From positions 47,031,320 to 47,070,372 of the forward strand of contig NC_057728.1 in NCBI RefSeq assembly GCF_004010195.1: a stretch of 39,053 nt of DNA, read 5' to 3'. Every line of letters starts with the position of its first letter. Within the stretch, counting starts at the first letter, position 1. The stretch comes from Chiloscyllium plagiosum. Lineage: Eukaryota. This document shows positions 34,555 through 39,053 of the stretch, one piece after another. The notes under the pieces are model-generated. The model had not been told where the DNA came from and did not search any database. It was given only the letters and a program-made list of their open reading frames with translations. Position numbers and translations under genes: made by a program.

Positions 34555-35057
34555 CCATTTTAACACAGCAACTTGCTCGCATGCCCACTTGGCTGTCCTT
34601 GGCATGCTGTAATGCTCCAGTGAATCACAGCGCAAATTGGAGGAACAACATCTCATTTTCATACTAAGCACTTTACAGCCTTCTGGACTTAATATTCAGC
34701 ACCTTCAAATTGTGAGCTCACTCCCATTTCTTCCCTTGCTTCTAGCTTTACTTGTTCCATTCTCTGTCACCCTCTCTCCCCTCCTCCCACTCCAGTGGGA
34801 CTCTCTGCTCCTTCCAGTCTGGCAGTTGGACACACCATTGTTCTGCCAGTTTCACATTCCAATCATTTAATCTGCACAATGTACATCCTTTCTCCTCCAG
34901 CACTCATCCCTAACCCCCGCAATTCATAAATGCTGCCCCCCTACACTTCACTTCACCTCTGATAAAGAGTCACTCAGACGCAAAACATTAGCTTGCTCTC
35001 TCAGCATGGATGCTGCCTAACCCACAGTGATTTCCAGTAATTTTTGTTTTCAGTACA
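34555..35057 (+). mobile_element. Older PLE 3' fragment (GIY-YIG C-terminus plus decayed hammerhead)
   Basis: SQRKLEEQHLIFILSTLQPSGLNI; CTGATAA-agagtcactcagacgc-AAAA at ~34959-34985, followed by ggatgctgcctaaccc. Confidence 0.8.
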
Positions 35058-35363
35058 GTGGAGTATTTACTCAGCTCGTGATCAGGTGTCTAGCTTGGAA
35101 GGAATTCTCTCCCTTTGCAGTTGTTTTTTCTCTAAGATGTCTGAGGCTGTGCTACTTGGTCCATCTCTGATATTAACTCTACCAGGAAGGATAATTTCTT
35201 CTGCCATTTTTCCTAATGTAATTATTTATTCTACTTTCTGTCAAGTTTTCTTTTTAAATTCTGCAAAACCTAAATGCTGCTTTACTCTATTTCCCAGATA
35301 GTTACTGACTTATTCAACATCGCATCTCATTTTATTGTCTTTCTTAACCTCTGTAGATTTTTT

Positions 35364-35674
35364 TTAGATTACATTACAGTGTGGAAACAGGCCCTTCGGC
35401 CCAACAAGTCTACACCGACCCACCGAAGCGAAACCCACCCATAACCATACATTTACCCCTTATCTAACACTACAGGCAATTTAGTATGGCCAATTCACCT
35501 TACCCTGCACACATTTTTGGACTGTGGGAGGAAACCGGAACACCCGGAGGAAACCCACGCAGACATGGGGAGGACATGCAAACTCCACACAGTCAGTCGC
35601 CTGAGGCGGGAATTGAACCCGGGTCTCTGGCGCTGTGAGGCAGCAGTGCTAACCACTGTGCCACCGTGCCGCCC
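35364..35674 (-). mobile_element. HE1 SINE, young full-length copy
   Basis: Closely matches 10292-10606 over its length. Confidence 0.95.
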
Positions 35675-36594
35675 ACGAATATAGCAATGCTGCATCTCTG
35701 TACTGCTTACTGGGCTTTTCCCAGGTTTTTCCTTTTAAAATGAGTTTTCCCACCTTTTTGTGGCCAAAATGGAGGTTTCCTGTTTCCCTTCAGGCAAAAT
35801 GGTGATTTCTCACCTTACATGGCCTGAAAAGCAATGCACATCCTTTTCCGTGACTTTTCCAAATGAAACCTTAATGTGACCTTAATGGAATTTTTCTGCC
35901 CAAACATGAGTGTAAGTGATGGATCTCCCATTCTTACCATGACCATGAAATCTTCTTATTATTTTCATCTGTTGAGACTGTGTTTGTTAAGGTATCTCTT
36001 TGTCACCTTTATTCGACTTTTACAATATTGTCGCAACCTTTGTTTTCCTCCTTTGGCTCATCTTGTCCTGACTGTAGCTGTGCTTCAATGTTTGCTGACT
36101 ATAGCTGTTATGCTTGTTGTGAGCTGTAAGTATATTTTTCTTTTCTTTTCACGTTCTCAGCCCATTGTAGCACCATAAACGTAAAGTTTACCCCTTACCT
36201 AAGATTGTTAACTTTATTTGGGGAGCTCTAATTCCTGTTTGCTTCCTAACTGAGTCTCTAATCGGGACGCCTTCTACACGTTCTCCTTCCTGATGGAATC
36301 TGTAACTGCTGGATGTGACTAGCTTCTAGTTCACACTTGCTTGAGCACATTTCTCATGCCGTTTGAAGTAAAAGGTTTAAACAATATTTGCTGTTTTTCC
36401 ATTGTTGGTGAGTTTCTCTGCAGGCTATTCAGCTGCTTCTGTCAGAATGAGTAGATCCCAAAGACATAAAGCCCTTTAAGCTGCAAATATCCAGTACCTC
36501 TCCTGGGTCCACTTTAATTCTCTGCCCTTGTTAGCTTGTATATTAAGCACTGCTGCTACTATGTTGTGATGCCAATCACCAGTAGCTGGTAATA

Positions 36595-36678
36595 AAGGCA
36601 AAATACTGCAGGAGCTAGAGAGCGGAAGTAAAAATAGAAATTGTTGGAGAAGCTCACCAGTTCTGGCAGCATCCAGTG
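36595..36678 (-). mobile_element. PLE 3'-terminal fragment
   Basis: aaatactgcaggagctag..aaaatagaaattgttggagaagctcaccagttctggcagcatcc, reverse-complement similarity to 16590-16637. Confidence 0.7.
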
Positions 36679-37078
36679 GCACAGATTGAAATTGGCAGGT
36701 ATGGCATGGTGGGCACCACAGAGACATGGCTGCAAGAGGATCAGGATTGGGAGCTGAATATTCAAGGATATACATTTTATCGAAAAGATAGGCAGGTGGG
36801 CAGAGGGGGTGGAGTTGCCCTAATAGTAAGAAATGAAATTAAATCCGTAGTAAGAAATGAAGTAGGGTTATATGGTGTCGAATCTGTGTGGGTAGAATTG
36901 AGGAACCACAAAGGTTTAAAAAAAAAAATCATAGTTGCAGTCATGTCTAGGCCTCCAAACCGTGGTCAGGAGCTGGGGCACAAGATACACCAGGAGATAG
37001 AAAAGATGTGTTGAAAGGTAAAGTTACAGTAATCATGAGGGATTTCAATATGCAGGTGGACTGGGAAAATCAGGTTGT

Positions 37079-37448
37079 TAGTCGTTCGCAAGAAAAGGAA
37101 TTTGTAGAATGTCTGAGATGGCTTTTTGGAGCAGCTTGTGGTGGAGTCCATGGGGGAACAGGCAATACTGGATTTAGCATTGTGCAGTGAGGCAGACTTG
37201 GTAAGGGAGCTTAAGGTGAAGAAACCCTGAGGAAACAGTGATCATAACATGATTAAACTTACTAGTCGTTCGCAAGAAAAGGAATTTGTAGAATGTCTAT
37301 GAGATGGCTTTTTGGAGCAGCTTGTGGTGGAGCCCATGGGGGAACAGGCAATAATGGATTTAGCATTGTGCAGTGAGGCAGACTTGGTAAGGGAGCTTAA
37401 GGTGAAGAAACCCTGAGGAAACAGTGATCATAACATGATTAAACTTAC
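37079..37448. repeat. Tandem duplication (184 + 186 bp) inside CR1
   Basis: 37079-37262 is repeated at 37263-37448 with one 2-nt indel and two substitutions. Confidence 0.95.
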
Positions 37449-37594
37449 TCTGCAATTTGAGAAAGAGAAGATAGAATCAGAGGTAACAGTATTTCAGCTG
37501 AGTAAAGGCAACTACAGAGGCATAAGAGAGGAGCTGGGTAGAATTGACTGGAAGAGGAGTCAAGCAGGAAAAACAGTCGAACAGCAATGGCAGG

Positions 37595-37845
37595 GATTTC
37601 TGGGAATAATTCAGGAGACACTGCAGATTCATCCCGAGGGGAAAAAAAACATGGTATAGGGAGGATGAGGCAACAGTGGCTGACGAGGGAAGTCAGGGAT
37701 AGCATAACAGAAACAGAGAAAGATTTCTGGGAGTAATTCAGGAGCTCGGCAGATTCATCCCGAGGAAAGAAAACATGGTACAGGGAGGATGAGGCAACCG
37801 TGGCTGATGAGGGAAGTCAGGGATAGCATAAAAGCAACAGAGAAA
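37595..37845. repeat. Older tandem duplication (127 + 124 bp) inside CR1
   Basis: gatttctggg..aacagagaaa at 37595-37721 is repeated at 37722-37845 with more divergence. Confidence 0.9.
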
Positions 37846-38294
37846 GCATATAATGTGGTGAAGGGCAGTGGGAAGCCAGACGATTGGGAAACTTACAAAG
37901 ACCAACAGAGGGCAACAAAAAAAGAAATAAGGAGGGAGAAGATTAAATATGAGTGTAAGCTAGCCAGTAATATAAAGAAAGACTGTAGGAGCGTCTTTTG
38001 ATATATAAAGGGCAAAAGAGAAGCAAAAGTGGACATTGGGCCACTGGAAAATGACGCAGGAGAGATAATAGTGGGAAACAAAGAAATGGTTGAGGAACTG
38101 AATAATTATTTCATATCAGTCTTCACAGTGGAAGATATGAGTAATGTCCCAAAAATTCAAGAGAGTGAGGGGGTAGAGCTGAGTATAGTGGCCATCACCA
38201 AGGAGAAGGTGCTAGAAAAACTGAATGGCTCGAAGGTGGAGAAATCACCTGGACCAGATGGACTTCAGCTCAGACTTCTAAGGGAGATAAAAAG

Positions 38295-39053
38295 GGGTAA
38301 AAACAATGACTGCAGATGCTGGAAACCAGATTCTGGATTAGTGGTGCTGGAAGAGCACAGCAGCTCAGGCAGCATCAAAGGAGCTTCGAAATCAACGTTT
38401 CGGGCAAAAGCAGTTTTTGATATTTGAGATGGAGTTGAAATACTGTTTGTTGAGAGTATGAATTCTCCTGAGGATGTAGTACAGAGTGGGTCCTTTGCAA
38501 TTCTGAGAGACTGTGGCCCTCAGCTGAGGCAGGGCAGACTGTAGAGAGGTTAGGTGCCGGCGTATTGCTGCAAGCATGGAGCGGAGGAACTTGAAGGAGA
38601 ACTGTTGCTGGTGTTTTTGAATCTATAGTCTGTACTGTTTGTCCAGTTCGGCTCCAATCTCTGCTGGTTTAAAGGTGGTCCGGAGTCCGTGTGGGATGAG
38701 TTGGTTACGGAGGCAGGGACTGAGGAAGCAAATGTGGCTGTAGTAGGGAGTTTGTTTCACAACTGTGAAACAAACTTGCTACCACAGCCACATTTGCTTC
38801 CTCAGTGCCTGCCTCCATAACCAACTCATCCCACAAGTACAACAAACTTTTATCTACCCACCTCCATAACCAGCGCTCCTCAAACATTCCAGAAGATTCC
38901 CCTGGCCTCGGAATTTACTCTAGCCATGCGGCTGATGCAGCTACCACCACCACGCTGATTGATGATGTCACTTCCGCCCCATCACGGCCACTCCCACAGC
39001 CACTTCCGCCCCTCACAATTCCTCATGCATCACACGTGACATCACTTCCGCCC
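38295..39053. mobile_element. Rearranged PLE (3' end on -, ORF N-terminal region on both strands), runs off window end
   Basis: 38295-38411: reverse PLE 3' end with partial hammerhead (gcttttgcccGAAAcgtt). 38412-38761: minus-strand ORF piece. 72-bp inverted arms 38690-38761 / 38764-38835. Plus-strand ORF continuation KYNKLLSTHLHNQRSSNIPEDSPG. Confidence 0.85.

Larger units (their letters stand above)
36676..38294 (+). mobile_element. CR1 LINE ORF2 5' half (APE endonuclease plus linker), pseudogenised
   Basis: VGTTETWL..IQGYTFYRKDR..GRGGGVAL..ESVWVEL, DFN, SDHNMI, QPWLMREV, LNNYFISVFTVED, KSPGPDG; multiple frameshifts and stops. Confidence 0.95.

Overview
Non-coding vertebrate DNA, almost certainly from a shark or other elasmobranch: it carries HE1 V-SINEs and HER1/CR1-type LINEs. 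I recognise no host protein-coding exon, so the window is intergenic or deep intronic, and nearly all ORFs in the track are transposon debris or chance. Much of the window is layered mobile DNA: five HE1 SINEs, a second tRNA-derived SINE family, many CR1 fragments, a long CR1-group LINE, an L2 tail, a Gypsy pol relic, a solo LTR with a 4-bp TSD, a two-gene Harbinger relic, two copies of a TA-flanked MITE and a 30-bp minisatellite. The most striking signal is about a dozen Penelope-like element (PLE) pieces whose 3' ends carry minimal type-I hammerhead ribozyme motifs. Four are ORF-less 190-235 bp fold-back insertions (15373-15559, 24119-24352, 31016-31239, 32782-33014). Each has ~50-98 bp inverted arms, a one-sided unpaired tail and a 7-16 bp target-site duplication, and each inversion centre lies on or within ~10 nt of the CUGANGA catalytic box. 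A longer GIY-YIG-bearing copy (20850-21993) has the same architecture and links them to autonomous PLEs. Family names come from motif recognition by eye, not database searches.
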